Assembly: GCA_964016885.1 (NCBI GenBank)
Contig: OZ024756.1
Location: 44,578,001 to 44,642,000, forward strand
Reading direction: 5' to 3'
Source: Eledone cirrhosa
Lineage: Eukaryota
DNA: 64,000 bases
A model generated the notes under the pieces. It saw only the letters and a list, made by a program, of their open reading frames with translations, had not been told where the DNA came from and did no database searches. Both the position numbers and the translations under genes were made by a program. This document shows, in pieces, positions 28,057-43,339 of the stretch. Numbering within the stretch: the first letter of the stretch is position 1; the number at the start of each line of letters is the position of its first letter.

Positions 28057-28248
28057 TAGGAACAAGTAAAACCCCGACGGCTGAGCTCAAGCCGTTTCGA
28101 CGGCTAATTCTGTCCAGAATTAGCCGTCAAAACGGCTTGAGCTCAGCCGTCGGGGTCTTACTTGTTCCTATTACCCACTCTACTACCCTAAGTATTTAGT
28201 ACTTTGGTGCGTTATGGTCCACCTGGTTCCTGCCCACATTTCCTTTGT

Positions 28249-28252
<4 letters not shown>
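28057..28252. mobile_element. fold-back insert (about 55 bp arms plus tail) carrying hammerhead 3' halves
   Basis: Palindrome centred at 28112-28113. Arms read (G/A)AAACGGCT-tgagctc-AGCCGTC-GGGGT. Confidence 0.75.
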
Positions 28253-28336
<84 letters not shown>

Positions 28337-28359
28337 AATATATATATATATATATATAC

Positions 28360-29013
<654 letters not shown>

Positions 29014-30180
29014 TATATATATATATATGAATATATATATACATACAGAGAGAGAGAGATAGAGAGAGAGAAAGAGAGACGTAAAAAGTGTAAAGAATAT
29101 CTACGTTGTGTTAGATATGACTGAAAGCTGAAAGCAACGCGAGTGTTGTGTAAACAATTGGTATGTTGAATTAGCAGAAATACAGGAACCATTTAGAAAG
29201 TGCAGCTCACGGCTGAAGTACTGTGTAATTAATAAGTGTTTCGTCGTCTGGCTGTGCTCGTTTCAAATCCTTCCAGAGATATATATACATATATAGAAGG
29301 AATGTTATATAGACAGATTAGGTGTTGCGCGTAGTGTATTCGTGGATCTTTGATTGGTGTTTTTGTTTTTATACACACACGGTTCTAGTGATTTTATCTT
29401 TAATGCGCTCGTATGAGAAACCGGTGAACACTAATAATTAGGCAGTGAAAGTCTCTTTAAACTCGGACAATCAGTAACGTGCACTAACAGAGAACCTGTG
29501 CAGGTCAGCGGAATACAACGAGATGGATACTCGACTACATTATTGACCAGCAGTTGCTGATCACAAATGAGAAACAGTGATGTGAGATCAGGCCTATAAG
29601 CTCAAACTCCACAAGTACACATAAAAAACAGACAGGAAAAGTGTCCGGACTATGGAAGTGGGAGAATTTCTTTACTATACGACACCATGTTACCACAACG
29701 CCTTCCTACCAACTTGTTCTACCCCCGGCGTATATTGTACGATTTTACGTACTGTCACAATGCAAATTGAATGTGTTTACAACATGGCCGTTATTATTCT
29801 AAGTACCTAGTTTTGTAATGTGTACACGTCTGGCATTATAATTCTACGTACCTGGGGTTATAATGTTGTCTACTAACATTCTCCATTCCTCGGTCCTTCA
29901 CTGAGCATTCGTGGCCCTACGTTTTATTCTCTTTAATGCTATTGTATTCGTCCATTTTTCTTCTTTCCACTCATACTATCTTGTGTCACATATTTTAGTA
30001 GATAATAAATATACACGCTCTCACACCCAAACACAGGCACCATACGCACGCACTCGCAAAATAAACGCACACATATACATATTTTATAATAGTTTTGATA
30101 TGTATATGTGTGACCAATATTGTTAGCGTTCATGTAAGAAATTATGTATGTATGTATACAATATATGTGTGTGTATATAT

Positions 30181-30220
<40 letters not shown>

Positions 30221-30749
30221 TAGGTATTTTTGTTGGTGAGAAGAGAGGACGCGTGCGTGTGTATATTGTATATTTACCTCTGTATCAGCCTACGAAATGC
30301 TTCAGAATCTCACATTACCAATCGCGATTGCTTTGAAAACCCAATAGAGCTCTATCTAACGAACACGTGTAAGATTTCAAATTAATTTACTGTCATCTTG
30401 TGTTATAAACTGTACGTTTCAGAATGTTCTATTGATTTCTATGCCAAAAACATAAATAGACCTCCCGTGAAATTGTTGATTTTAGAGAGAAAAGTTTTCT
30501 ACGGAAACCAGGGTGGGGGGTCATCTGTGGAATTCCTGAAGTAATCTAAGCATCAAATAGTATATACATATACATAGAGATTGTCAGGAGTTCGTCTATA
30601 TTTGGGTCTTCTTTGATAAGCTGGATATTGGGGCTATGTTATATGAATGCTATCAACGTGGCTTTTACGTATTCTTGACATTGTATTCTTCAAACAATAG
30701 GTTTTCTAAGAAGTATCATTTATATGTGTGTGTGTGTGTATGTGTGTGT

Positions 30750-30791
<42 letters not shown>

Positions 30792-30923
30792 CAATATCCG
30801 TAAGGAAAAAAAAGAAAAAGGGAAAGAGTGCTCAATCGGGAAGAAATATGTTATTTATGTTCATACACGGAACAAAGGGATACCCAAGGCCAAATACTGA
30901 CCACACCTCCAGAATACAATATG

Positions 30924-30956
<33 letters not shown>

Positions 30957-31532
30957 TTTAATACAACAACAGACCAGAAATTCATTTATTTCTTGTGTAA
31001 AGAAATCTATTCCTAGTTTCGGTTGTTGATAATTGATACTCTATAGACCATGAATTCATTTGTTTACTACTTAAATATTTACTAATAGTAATAAATATAC
31101 GTTCAATATATACTGAATATTCAAAATATTGAACAATCTATCATCATCATCATTATCCTTATCATCATCATCGTCATCAATAATAGTTATTATTATTATT
31201 ATATTTTGTTAGCAATTAAATAACTATAGTTGTTTACTTTTACAAACTATAGAAAATTAACAATCGTTGAAATAATTTAAAATATTTAAAATAATCCTAT
31301 ATTCAAAATTGATAAATAATATGAATCAGATATGAGTTTATGAATGAGTTCGTAAGTATGGCCGCCACTTACGAATTAAAATAAATAAGAAGAAAAATGA
31401 GTAAAATGAAATACATTTCATAACACAGAGATGTTTAATGTAACAGAGAACATGTTATCAAAATAAATGTATATACCTCACACCATACGTTTAAAATTAT
31501 ATATATATATCATCGAAAGATATATATATATC

Positions 31533-34432
31533 AATTGTACGGAATAAAAGCAGCTACGCCCAAGAAAAGGTAGAAACAGAGTTCTGGACAAATTTTGTGA
31601 CCACATAGCTACCTTCCCATACCATGAACTACCGCAACCTAAACCCAAACCCAACACGAGTCGAAGGGAATGGGAGATTATCCATGAACTAAAAAACAAT
31701 ACGGACATTATAATTAGGGAAGCGGACAAGGGAAGTACTGTTGTCATTATGGAGGCTGAAAAATATAAAAATTCTATGTTCTCTCACTTATAAAATACTA
31801 ATTACTATGAAAGAGTAAAAAACTACCAGCAATCAAAAACAATGACCAGATTAAACACACTGATTTATCGATACCAGGAAGACCTAACTAAAAAGGAACG
31901 CGATTATTTAACACATTTTGAATACAAAACCAGCAACCTTTACGGACTTCCGAAGATCCACAAGTGTAAAATAATTAACGATGCCTGTAAACAATCCACC
32001 TCAGCCTGCGTGAACACACAATACCCCACAGACCTTAAATTAAGATCAATTGTAGCGGGCCCACAATGGGAAACACACAGACTGAGCAACTTTATAGACA
32101 TACTACTAAAACCAATTCTCAAACACATACCAAGCCTTGTAAGAGACGATCTGGACCTCTTAAACCACCTCCCCAAACATGTCAACGACGACACTATTAT
32201 TGTGTCTTTCGATGTAGTGAATCTCTACACAACGATCCCACACCAATACGGACTAGAAGCAATAGGATTCTGGCTAGAGAAATATCCCAATGAGACACCT
32301 GACAGAATAGAAAAAAGCTTCATCACCGAGGGATTAAAATTCATCTTACAGAACAACTTTTTTTATTTCGATGGTAGTACTTACAAGCAAATATCGGGGA
32401 CTGCGATGGGTACAAAAGCCGCTCCAACTTATGCCAACTTAGTCATGGCATACTTAGAAGTCCAGATATATGAACAGTCCAAATCAAAATACGGATTGAA
32501 CTTCCACAAATATTTATCAGAGAATTGGAAAAGCTACTTGGATGATTGTCTCATTCTTTGGTCCCACACACTCGACCAACTGAAGGATTTCAAAAACTTA
32601 ATAAACGGCATCAATAACCACATCCAATTCACAATGGAATACAGCCAAGATCAACTCCCATTTCTGGACATCTTAATCTTTAAAAAAGACACAAATATCG
32701 AAACTGACATACACTACAAACCAACAGATTCCAAACAATACCTGCTATTCACCTCCAACCATCCAAAGCACACGAAGACGAACATTCCTTTTAACCTAGT
32801 AAGAAGAATTTGCACAATTGTCTCCAATTATGAAACGCGAAATAAAAGACTTCAAGAATTAAAAGAAATTCTACTCGAAAGAGAGTACCCACTATTACTA
32901 ATAAATAATGGAATAGAAAAGGCTAAAGCAATAGGCATTGAGGAATTACGAACACAGAAACAAATTCAAGGTACGTCCAATATTCTATCATATATCTCAA
33001 CACACAACCCAAGAAATGCGGAAGCTTACAACACTATTCACAAGAACATCCCACTACTAAAACAAAACCCAAGAATGAAAAAAGCCCTTGAAACACACAA
33101 AATAATCAAAAGCAAAAGACAACCGAAATTACTGAAAACATTACTCACCAATGCCAAATTACCTACCACAAACCCACAACCAAGTGTCAAAAAATGTGGT
33201 CGCTCTAATTGTGGAATCTGCACTCACCTCAATGAAGGCAACACGTTAACATTTAAATCAGGACAAAATTTTACTGTAAAAAATCACTTCACTTGCTCAT
33301 CAAAAAATCTAATTTATGCCATTAAATCTAAAGGATGCAATGAAGATTATATAGGACAAACTAAACTCACACTCAGAAACAGAATGACAGTTCATCGCCA
33401 ACAATTACGAAATCCAACCACGAGACAGATACCACTAAGCGCACATCTAGACATTTGCGCAAGTAATAAGACACCCAAATTCCAAGTTTTCCCATTTTAC
33501 CTTTACGCTAACAATACAACAGAACAAATACGAATAAATAAGGAAAATATGTTTATTCAAAAATATAGACCAGCATTAAATATGGTTTAATATACATTAT
33601 GTCAACACCATAACATGCTAACCATCCAAACAGACACATACACACACACATAACACCTTCTACTTTAGAAAATAAAAACCCGAACTAAATAAACCTTAAC
33701 ATACGTTTGCACTGACAATACAACAGAACAAATACGAATAAGTAAGAAAAATATGTTCATTCAAAAATATTCCTACTAAAGGAATCATTTTCCTACACAC
33801 ACACACACACACAATATATATATATTCTCTTCATCTTAACATGCTAACCATACTCCCACACACATAACACCCATACACACACATAACAACCCCCACCCCC
33901 ACACACCCAACTCCCTCCCCCATTTCTACTAATAGAATCACTTTCCTACACACATATATACACACACACAAAATATATATTCTCTCCATCTTAACATACT
34001 CCCACACACACACATAACACCCATATACACACACAACTCTCTCCCCCATTTCTACTAATAGAATCATCTTCCAATACACACACACACACACACACAAGCA
34101 CACAAATAAACATACATATCTTTACTTTCTTTATTCAATAGAAAATCTGAATTCTGACACCCCAGCGAACTAACCATATTCACTGAACCAGAACAATTCT
34201 CCCATCCCATTTCTCTTGACCATTATCTTTTACTTATCATAAAATTCTCTAAAAAGGCTACAGAATGGATTTCCAAATAAGGGCGCGAAAATTTAATGAA
34301 AACTTGTTCACGTGACAGCCATAATTTCATTTATAACCAATCAAATTACGCTTATTTTAAAAAAAGCCTTCGTGAGCCCCTTTTTTCAAGTAAAAAGAAA
34401 TTTAAACACTCATATATGAAAAAACAACTTGT

Positions 34433-34483
<51 letters not shown>

Positions 34484-34821
34484 GTTTGAAGAACTTTATA
34501 ACGCGAACTGGCGCGAAATTTATTATAATTATTGACCAACCAATCAAATTACTTCTCGAAAAACCTGACATTTCGAGCCACTCTTTCCATATAAAACAAG
34601 TAACATTCAGAGACCAACCAGATGTGAGAAAAACCACAGACCCTCCATCTCAACTCTACTTTTGAAAAGCAGAAGAACTTCGAAACCGGTAAAGGAACCA
34701 AATAAATATATATATTTAAAAAAAGACTCCATTTGCCTTTTCGATTTCATCTTTTTTTCTTTATACTTTCACTCGTGTAGGATACCTCAGTTATTTTTCA
34801 TTTTGTAAAAAAAAACCTCAC

Positions 34822-34828
<7 letters not shown>
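31533..34828 (+). mobile_element. Penelope-like retroelement, Neptune-type, 5' truncated, TA-flanked
   Basis: RT+GIY-YIG ORF. The upstream in-frame segment has ADKGSTVVIM followed by a stop near 31790. 3' pLTR with hammerhead at 34658-34695, followed by (TA)n. Confidence 0.9.
31842..33590 (+). CDS. PLE reverse transcriptase, Zn-finger and GIY-YIG endonuclease (partial, probably inactive)
   Basis: LYGLPKIHK, SFDVVNLYT, GTAMGT..AP.YANL, YLDD, LPFLD, SNHP, KCGRSNCGIC, NLIYAI....CNEDYIGQT and PALN. Confidence 0.9.
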   Translation: MTRLNTLIYRYQEDLTKKERDYLTHFEYKTSNLYGLPKIHKCKIINDACKQSTSACVNTQYPTDLKLRSIVAGPQWETHRLSNFIDILLKPILKHIPSLVRDDLDLLNHLPKHVNDDTIIVSFDVVNLYTTIPHQYGLEAIGFWLEKYPNETPDRIEKSFITEGLKFILQNNFFYFDGSTYKQISGTAMGTKAAPTYANLVMAYLEVQIYEQSKSKYGLNFHKYLSENWKSYLDDCLILWSHTLDQLKDFKNLINGINNHIQFTMEYSQDQLPFLDILIFKKDTNIETDIHYKPTDSKQYLLFTSNHPKHTKTNIPFNLVRRICTIVSNYETRNKRLQELKEILLEREYPLLLINNGIEKAKAIGIEELRTQKQIQGTSNILSYISTHNPRNAEAYNTIHKNIPLLKQNPRMKKALETHKIIKSKRQPKLLKTLLTNAKLPTTNPQPSVKKCGRSNCGICTHLNEGNTLTFKSGQNFTVKNHFTCSSKNLIYAIKSKGCNEDYIGQTKLTLRNRMTVHRQQLRNPTTRQIPLSAHLDICASNKTPKFQVFPFYLYANNTTEQIRINKENMFIQKYRPALNMV

Positions 34829-34893
<65 letters not shown>

Positions 34894-34921
34894 ACTTTTG
34901 GCACAAGGCCATATATATATA

Positions 34922-35110
34922 TAATTGTTTCTACTTTAGGCACAAGCCCAGAAATTACCCAGTTCATTACTGGTACTTTATTTTATCTACCCCGTAAGGA
35001 TGAAAGGCAAAGTCAACCTCGGCGGGATTTGAACTCAGATCGTAAAGGGACGTAACTATGCTGGAAAGCATGGCGTCCGACCCTCTACCGATACTGCCAA
35101 TCCACCGCCC
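34922..35110 (-). mobile_element. full-length SINE
   Basis: Minus strand GGGCGGTGGATTGGCAGTATCGGTAGAGGGTCGG...GAGTTCAAATCCCGCCGAGG...GTAGAAACAATTAT. Confidence 0.88.
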
Positions 35111-35142
35111 TATATATATATATATAATGTCACAGAGATAGC

Positions 35143-35314
<172 letters not shown>

Positions 35315-35477
35315 GAGAGAGAGAGAGAGATGCAATTTACAAGTCTACATAGCTACACAACTTTCCATCCCTCTTAACTTTTGAAAACCATGAAACTTGT
35401 GAAACAGTACAGATTAGAAGTTAAGCAAAGAACTCTTTGCTTAAAATTTAATCTGTACTAATAATATAAATATATAC

Positions 35478-35569
<92 letters not shown>

Positions 35570-36059
35570 TACATGTATGTGTACTGTTTGAACTTTCGGT
35601 GGAGAAATGCATGTGCAAAATGGTATGTTATAGCTAACACATAGCAAAGTACACTTAGAAAAGATATTTAGTGGTAAATTCAATTTCACAACACCTCTGG
35701 GGTGAATTTAAATGCTAATAATAATCTCTGTTTTCTTTCCTCACATGAATTATCTATAGCAAACTTTTAGAGGTAGAGAAACAGGAAATTGGCACTCTGA
35801 AAGTCTGAGAGGAGAAATAGTGTAAAGCTTATATGCGACTAGATATATATACTTAGCTAGAAAGAGGAAGAAGATAGATGGAGGGGTTTAATAGAACAAT
35901 CTGATAGTTCCCAATGAGTTGTGTACATTGATTTTCAAGCTGCCGATGGCAACGAGACGGTATGAAGGAAATACAAGATTTCGCATATAAAGTATTCCAA
36001 AACACAAATAGAATATTGATATCCGTGTATGAAAATAAATATCATATATATATATATAA

Positions 36060-36180
36060 TCTGAAAGGATAAATGAACACTGGCGAGAACTCCAAGATGG
36101 GAAGAACTCATCAGTACTCCACCAACATGCCAAAATGGAACATCGGGGCACACTAGAGAACATCCATCTATGAAACGGTC
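36060..36180 (+). pseudogene. PLE GIY-YIG remnant
   Basis: EHWRELQDGKNSSVLHQHAKMEHRGTLENIH resembles SVLYEHARQQHDGNIHNIE at about 23985. Confidence 0.5.
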
Positions 36181-36410
36181 GTAACTATGTATATATATAT
36201 ATATACATTTATATGTGTGTATGTATATATGCATAGACATTATCATATATATTTGTGTGTGAATACATATGTGTATATAAACATGAATTTACGCCAAAAA
36301 TAGAAAGGGTGGATCAACGCATAGTACTGAAACATAAATGTGTGTATATTTATGGAACGCATGTGTATGATGTAACATATGACTCATTAAGCAAAAGAAA
36401 CAAACATATG

Positions 36411-36571
<161 letters not shown>

Positions 36572-37199
36572 AAGAGAGGGCTGTAGAGGGAGCAGAGAAA
36601 AAGATGTTTAAATTATCCGTATCGCCCCGATACCAACGATATGATGTCGTGGGTGTCTGTTAAACGAAACCACTTTTGCTTGAACCCTACAATTTGTGAG
36701 GGCGCTCGTATGTACATATGGAAGCTCCATTATTACTGAAAGCAAAGTTTTGTGGTCAGTGTACTTTGTAGCTGACGTTCTAGGTGAGGTTTTCCTAAGT
36801 TAGACGTAGACAATATGGAGGTTTGCCAACTGAAATAAGTTTAGCGAAAGGTAAATAAATTAACCGAATAATAAGTGTTTGTGTGTATTTGTCTGTGAAT
36901 GTGTGTGTAAATATATTTGTGTGTTTGTATGTGTATATATGTATATATATATATATATTATGTATGTATCTATATGTACATTTATATATATATACACACA
37001 CATACACACATACACACATCTACATACACATACATACGCACATGCATATATAAATACATACATACATTCACGTGTGTGTATGTGTGTGTATTTGTCTGGG
37101 TGTATATGTATGAGTTCTATTTTTATCAAAAATTTGAGTTTCTCTTCATTGTTATTCGAAGGTTGTGGAGGGACAGCGTCTATGAGAAAGATATGGAAA

Positions 37200-37460
37200 T
37201 AGGGCGCTTGTTTGACGTATGTGTAGTAAGAGCTCCTGTGAGAAGGGTGTATAGGTAGGGAGAGCGCATGTGAGGAGGGTGTGTAGGTAGGGTTAGGACC
37301 TCTGAGAAACGTGTAGACAGAGAGCGCCTATTTGAAGGATGTGAGGGAGAGAGCGCCTACGAGAAACGTCTGTAGGGAGAGCGCCTATTTCAAGGGTGTG
37401 TAGAGATATCGCCTACTGTATCAGAAGAGCGCCCATTGGAATAATCTGTAGGGAGAGCGT
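37200..37460. repeat. degenerate minisatellite, about 30 bp (GAGAGCGCCT core)
   Basis: Recurrent GTAGGGAGAGCGCCTA-like units. Confidence 0.6.
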
Positions 37461-37479
37461 TTATTCTCTTCTCTGTCTT

Positions 37480-37740
37480 CCCTTTCATACTGATGAGATC
37501 CACAGCATTTATTTTGGGATTGAATTACTGCTGGAAATAAATTCCAGAACGCTGTTTCCCTGGAAAGAATTGATGGCGCAGTGTGATGGGTCTTTTTTAT
37601 ACGATTTGTAATTGTAAGATAGAGTTGTAATGAAGTGTGTGTTGAAATATCCAAGAAATAAGAAGCAGGTATATCGCAAGGGCTTTGGTATAGTGTCTAG
37701 GCTGCTAATTCAATGTAGCAACGGGGTTTTGGTGGTTTTA
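37480..37740 (-). pseudogene. possible CR1-like LINE C-terminal remnant
   Basis: A frameshifted LRHQFF...AFWNLFP resembles the CR1 FF..R....WN.LP end motif. Confidence 0.3.
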
Positions 37741-37858
37741 ATTGATTTTCTTTATAGAGAATCGTATTCAAGAAGTGTTGGGAAAATTTCGAATTGAGAA
37801 AATACGAATTTTGTTTCATTTTCATTGTTTAATGCAAACACACACACAAACACAAACA

Positions 37859-37968
<110 letters not shown>

Positions 37969-38191
37969 TAATGGCTGACTGAATATGCACGTGTTTTTTA
38001 TTTCCCCCCTTTTTTCCCCGTTCCTTCCTCTTCTTATTTATCTTCTATTTCCAACTCTATCTTCTAGTGAAGGGCTTGTCCAAATCGTTAAGACTCTCTA
38101 CTTGCTATTTTTAGTGTTAGACTAATATATTTGTTCAATGTACTGTGCCATTTGCTTTGTTAATTCTGTTTACCTTTTACATACCTTATAT

Positions 38192-38236
<45 letters not shown>

Positions 38237-38255
38237 ATAAATATATATATATATT

Positions 38256-38281
38256 GATCTCAGGAATTTTACCCGCCCTAG
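38256..38281 (+). mobile_element. 26-bp extreme 3' end of the RTE family, in (TA)n
   Basis: GATCTCAGGAATTTTACCCGCCCTAG matches the RTE 3' end GATCTCGGGAATTTTACCCGCCTTAG (60456-60481, minus) at 24/26. Confidence 0.7.
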
Positions 38282-39227
38282 AGTTATATATATATATACA
38301 TACATATTCAATTCTAGCCTGGCAGACAGAAGTAAGTTAACAATTACATATGTTAAAATACATATCCTCACTAACAATAACTTCTGTTTAACAAACCCAT
38401 ACACACCAATCTCAAAAAACATTAAGATGCAATACAAAGGTATAGTTGATTAAATACAGTTAACGTGTCATTAAAAAAATACATACAATAATATTTGTTT
38501 GAATTACATAAGTTTAAACAAAATGACAGCGGTAAAATTTATTATTTTCATGTTTGAAATTATTTTTCTTTTTTTATTATTATTTTTTTGTGATTGTGTA
38601 CGTTTATAAAGCGAAGGAGAAGTTTGCAATACAATTTAATAACTAGCATTTTTAATTCAGTTAAGTCATCATTGTGATGTTAGTATCGCAGTATCACAAT
38701 CAAACAATGTATAGGTGGAAAGGAAGATGGAAGATGGGTGTAACGAAAGAGAAGAACATGGTGAATTGATAAGAAAACTGGAGGAAGAGTAACGTGTCTA
38801 TACACACACACATTTCGGCGGCGTTCGTAACTGCGTGGTGGTTCGATCACGCAATCAGCCACGCGATATCACCAGACAGCATCTTATGTAATAAGGTTAC
38901 GTTTCCGAGTCAATCCAATCAAACGGGCAGATATGTTTTCATTATCGATGACCAACAATGAAATCGAGTGTGTGTAACTGTGCGTATATATGTAACTGTG
39001 CGTATGTGTGTATGCATGCATATATGTATCATGTGCATGAATGTTTATATATGATATATATATGTGTGTGTGTGTATGCATCTATATGTGTTTGTGTGTG
39101 TATGTATATGTAAAATATATATAAGACGTAGGCAGAGAACGAGAGAAGGAGAGAGAAATAGAAAGAGGAGTGAAGGAAGAGAAAGGGTAAACGAGTGAGT
39201 GTTGTAAAAAAAGAATAATAGCTGAGA

Positions 39228-39617
39228 AGGAGTGTTGGTGTGAGGAAATGTTGGTGTGGTGAAGTGTTAGTGTGGGGAAGTGTTGGTGTGGGGAAGTGTT
39301 GGTGTGGGGAAGTGTTGGTGTAGGGAAGTGTTGGTGTTGGGAAGTGTTGGTGTGGGGAAGTATTGGTGTGGGGGAAGTGTTGGTGTTGGGAAGTGTTGGT
39401 GTGGGGAAGTGTTGGTGTGGGGAAGTGTTGGTGTGGGGAAGTGTTGGTGTGGGGAAGTGTTGGTGTGAGGAAGTGTTGGTGTTGGGAAGTGTTGGTGTGG
39501 GGACGTGTTGGTGTGGGGAAGTGTTGGTGTTGGGAAGTGTTGGTGTGGGGAAGTGTTGGTGTGGGGAAGTGTTGGTGTGGGGGAAGTGTTGGTGTTGGGA
39601 AGTATTGGTGTTGGGAA
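39228..39617. repeat. 16-bp G-rich minisatellite (GGGGAAGTGTTGGTGT)n
   Basis: About 24 units, directly visible. Confidence 0.95.
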
Positions 39618-40217
39618 GGCAAAACGGGTGTGGTTAGAAAAAGACGAAAGAGAAAAGAAAAGAATTTAGAAGGAAGTTTCATTGAAAGAGAGAAACATAA
39701 ACCGAGAAAGTGAGAGAGAAAGAGTGTGTGAAAAGAGATAGAGAGAGAGATGGAAGAGAGTGAGAGAGAGAGAATAAAAACAGAAAGATAAACAAAATGG
39801 AGAGATATAAACAGAAAGAGGGAATGAAAGTGAGAGAAAGATACACAGAGAGAGTGAAAAGGGAGAGAGTGAGAGGGATAAATGAAAAGGGGGAGAATGA
39901 GAGAGAAAGAATAAGAGAGAGTGAGAGAGATAAAGAATAAGAGACTAACAAAGAAAATATATTTAAAAGATGAGTCGTGGGGGAGAATAATTGACTTCAT
40001 CTATATAAAATAAAAGAGAAACTGTTTTCTGTTTTGTTTTTATAACATGAAGAGGTTTGTTTGTTTTAATTGTTTAGGTTATTTGTTTGTTTCAGAAAAA
40101 TGGAAAATTTGTTTATTTCAATAATTTGTCATCTTTCATACAATCTCTCATTTATTCTGATATAATCATTTCATTTCTAACATCCGCACAAGCCCAGATT
40201 TTGATATAATGATATAG

Positions 40218-40400
40218 TAATTATTTCTACTTTTGCCACAAGGCCAGCAATTTGAAATGATGGGGGAAACGAAGGGAAAGTCGATTGAATCGGCCTCAGT
40301 GCGTGACTGGTACTTTATTTTATCGATCCCCGTAAGGATGAAAGGCAAATCTAACCTCGGAGGGATTTAAAATCAGAATATAAAGGGCCGATCCGCAGAG
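40218..40400 (-). mobile_element. SINE copy
   Basis: Reverse complement of the SINE core and tail. Confidence 0.75.
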
Positions 40401-40697
40401 CATGGGTATCCATCAATTACAATTTTATATATACATATATAATATTGGTTCTGAATCGAAGTTGTATCCGCAATATAGCAGGTACTAATCGATTTGTTTG
40501 AGGCACCACAAATCACTCAATGGAGCGAGAAGTGTGACACCAAGAAAGGCTACCAATAACAGTAGCCATACTTATACCACAACAACGATAAATACAAATA
40601 TATACAAGAGCAAGAATGAAGTATTCATTCTACTGACATGGCTATAAAATTGGGGCTTGTTTGCAAAATTGCAAACGATTCGAATGTTATTAAATAT

Positions 40698-41070
40698 GGC
40701 AGTGGATTGGCAGTATCGGTAGAGGGTCGGGCGCCATGTTTTGACGCATAGAGTTGCGGCCCTTGCTATTCTGAGTTCAAATCCCGCCGAGGTTGACTTT
40801 GCCTTTCATCCTTATGGGGTCGATAAAATAAAGTACCAGTAATACACTGGGTTTTTGCTGGCCTTGTGCCAAAAAAGTAGAAAATTATTAATATGGCAGA
40901 ATTGGTAGAGGGTTGGACATGCTTTCCAGCTTAGTTACACCCCGTTACGATTTGAGTTCAAATCCCGCTAAGGTTAACTTTGCCTTTCATCTTTACGAGG
41001 TCGATAAAATAAAGTACCAGTAATATAATGGGTAATTGCTGACCTTGTGCCAAAAGTAGAAACAATTATT
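40698..41070 (+). mobile_element. head-to-tail SINE pair (40698-40890, 40894-41070)
   Basis: Two consecutive A box, B box, core and tail units. Confidence 0.88.
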
Positions 41071-41655
41071 AATATTCGAAAAACTCAAGTTACATTTATT
41101 ATATATATATATATATATATACATACATATATATATAAACTATATACGTTACAATAATATGCAAATAAGCAATCTATATATTCCACTTGTACCTTATTGA
41201 TGCCGAAGTTAGGCAGCAGACGACAAAACTATCAAACGATGTTCTTCTCGTTTCTAATTACTTGGTGTATACTTAATGTAAATAAACAGCAAACACAAAA
41301 CATTGCAATATTGAGTGCACAATTACAGTTGTGATGAAGTACAGGAGGGTGTTGGTGTTGGTGGTGGTGGTGTTGGTGATGGTGGTGGTGGTGGTGGTGG
41401 TGGTGACAGACATTACTTTTCCTCACCAACCATCCAACCACTCAACCCTCCACACCTCTCATCATCATTATTTACCATTGTGTGTACAATGTTTACCATA
41501 TCGCAACGAACGGAAATTCACACATCAATATTTTGATATGATTAAATTTATATTATCATGTGAAAATACGAATCGATATTTTATTCATTTTCCTTTTGCG
41601 ATAAGTAAACAGACACATATGTACTTGTGTGTTTAATACGTACAGGTATGCACAC

Positions 41656-41726
<71 letters not shown>

Positions 41727-41874
41727 GAGAGAGATAGAGAGAGAGAGAGATGTGTGTACTTGTGTGTATAATACGTACAGGTATGCACACAGACACACAC
41801 ATCTATATATGTTTATATACATTTATATATGTGTGTGTGTGTTTATAATACTTATGTATATAGATATGGATATA

Positions 41875-41912
<38 letters not shown>

Positions 41913-41922
41913 TATATTTATA

Positions 41923-41980
<58 letters not shown>

Positions 41981-42119
41981 TATTTATAAATATATGAATA
42001 ATTTTGATCAATACACAATAATATATATATTCAGTTATATTGAATTGCAAAAATATATCGTTTTCCAATCATATTTCACATCGTCTGCACATGTAGAATC
42101 ACGCTTACATACACACTCC

Positions 42120-42194
<75 letters not shown>

Positions 42195-42995
42195 CTGTGT
42201 ATGTACATATATATATATATAATACACTGAAATTGTAGTGATTTCCTGGGGTTTACTGAGGAGGTGGGACTCTCCATTTTTCCGTTGTTTTTTTCATTGT
42301 CCCTGTCCTGTGCGCGCCCCCTCCCAATGTTTTAAATATATTCTTTATATGACTGTGTGTGTGGGGAGGGGTAGGAATCGAAGTTGTAGCCGCAATGTAG
42401 CAGATACCAGTCCGAGGGCGTCCGAGGTGCAAAGAAGAAGCGGCCGGACACGGAAATTGAACTCAGAATATAAAACAAAATAAAAAAAGGGGAATGTAAT
42501 AAACGCCCACAATGTTTTGACCATCGTTTTAGTAATTCTCCCATCTTACAAACTCGGGAGAAGAAGAAACGAAATTACTAAGAATTTATAGTTGTGATTT
42601 AGTGTACGACAGACTGGGTATTGTATGAACTTGATATTAACCAGGCAGTTTGTAGCTCAGCCACTCTTTCAAACTCTCACATACTATCATTATGATGTAA
42701 CGTGACATGACAGCAGAAAGCTGATAACAAGTTTTAAGTCAGCATCCAAAAATTACTGAACAATAAATGGTTTATATTTTAGTCTGTCAGCAAACACATG
42801 CTAAACTGTACTAACTCTATATAAGCCTGCAGGTGTGCATGTGTATATACATATATGTGTGTGTGTAAATATAGGTACATGTAGGTTTATGTGAACATAG
42901 AGATATGTGTATCTATGTGTGTTTGTATGCACATGTGTGAAATTGTATGTACAGGGGCATATCTATATGTATGTGTGTATTAATCTGCACATGAG

Positions 42996-43050
<55 letters not shown>

Positions 43051-43339
43051 TTATTTATCTGTACATGAGTATATATATATATATATTTATGTGTGTATTT
43101 ATCTGTGTGTCTATTCATATGATTAACATTATCTGATAATTAAATTATCCATATATTTTTTTGTTCGAATTTACTTCATTATTTCATTAGCAGTATGTAT
43201 TAATATAATATACACATTTATGTGAAATAAATAGCTAAAACATCTCGGAGGTTTCAAACGTGTAATGGTCTTATTAGATGGCGGGGATTGTTGCTTGTGG
43301 TATGATAGATTGGTGGTGGTTATATGAATGGACTGTGGT

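Noticed and set aside
38815-38935. CpG-rich hairpin with GGTTCGAT (tRNA T-loop-like)
   Set aside because: No acceptor, D or anticodon arms could be built.
39029-40000. 323-aa ORF with PTPTLPHTNTSPHQHF repeats
   Set aside because: Translation of the 16-bp minisatellite and the GA-rich tract.
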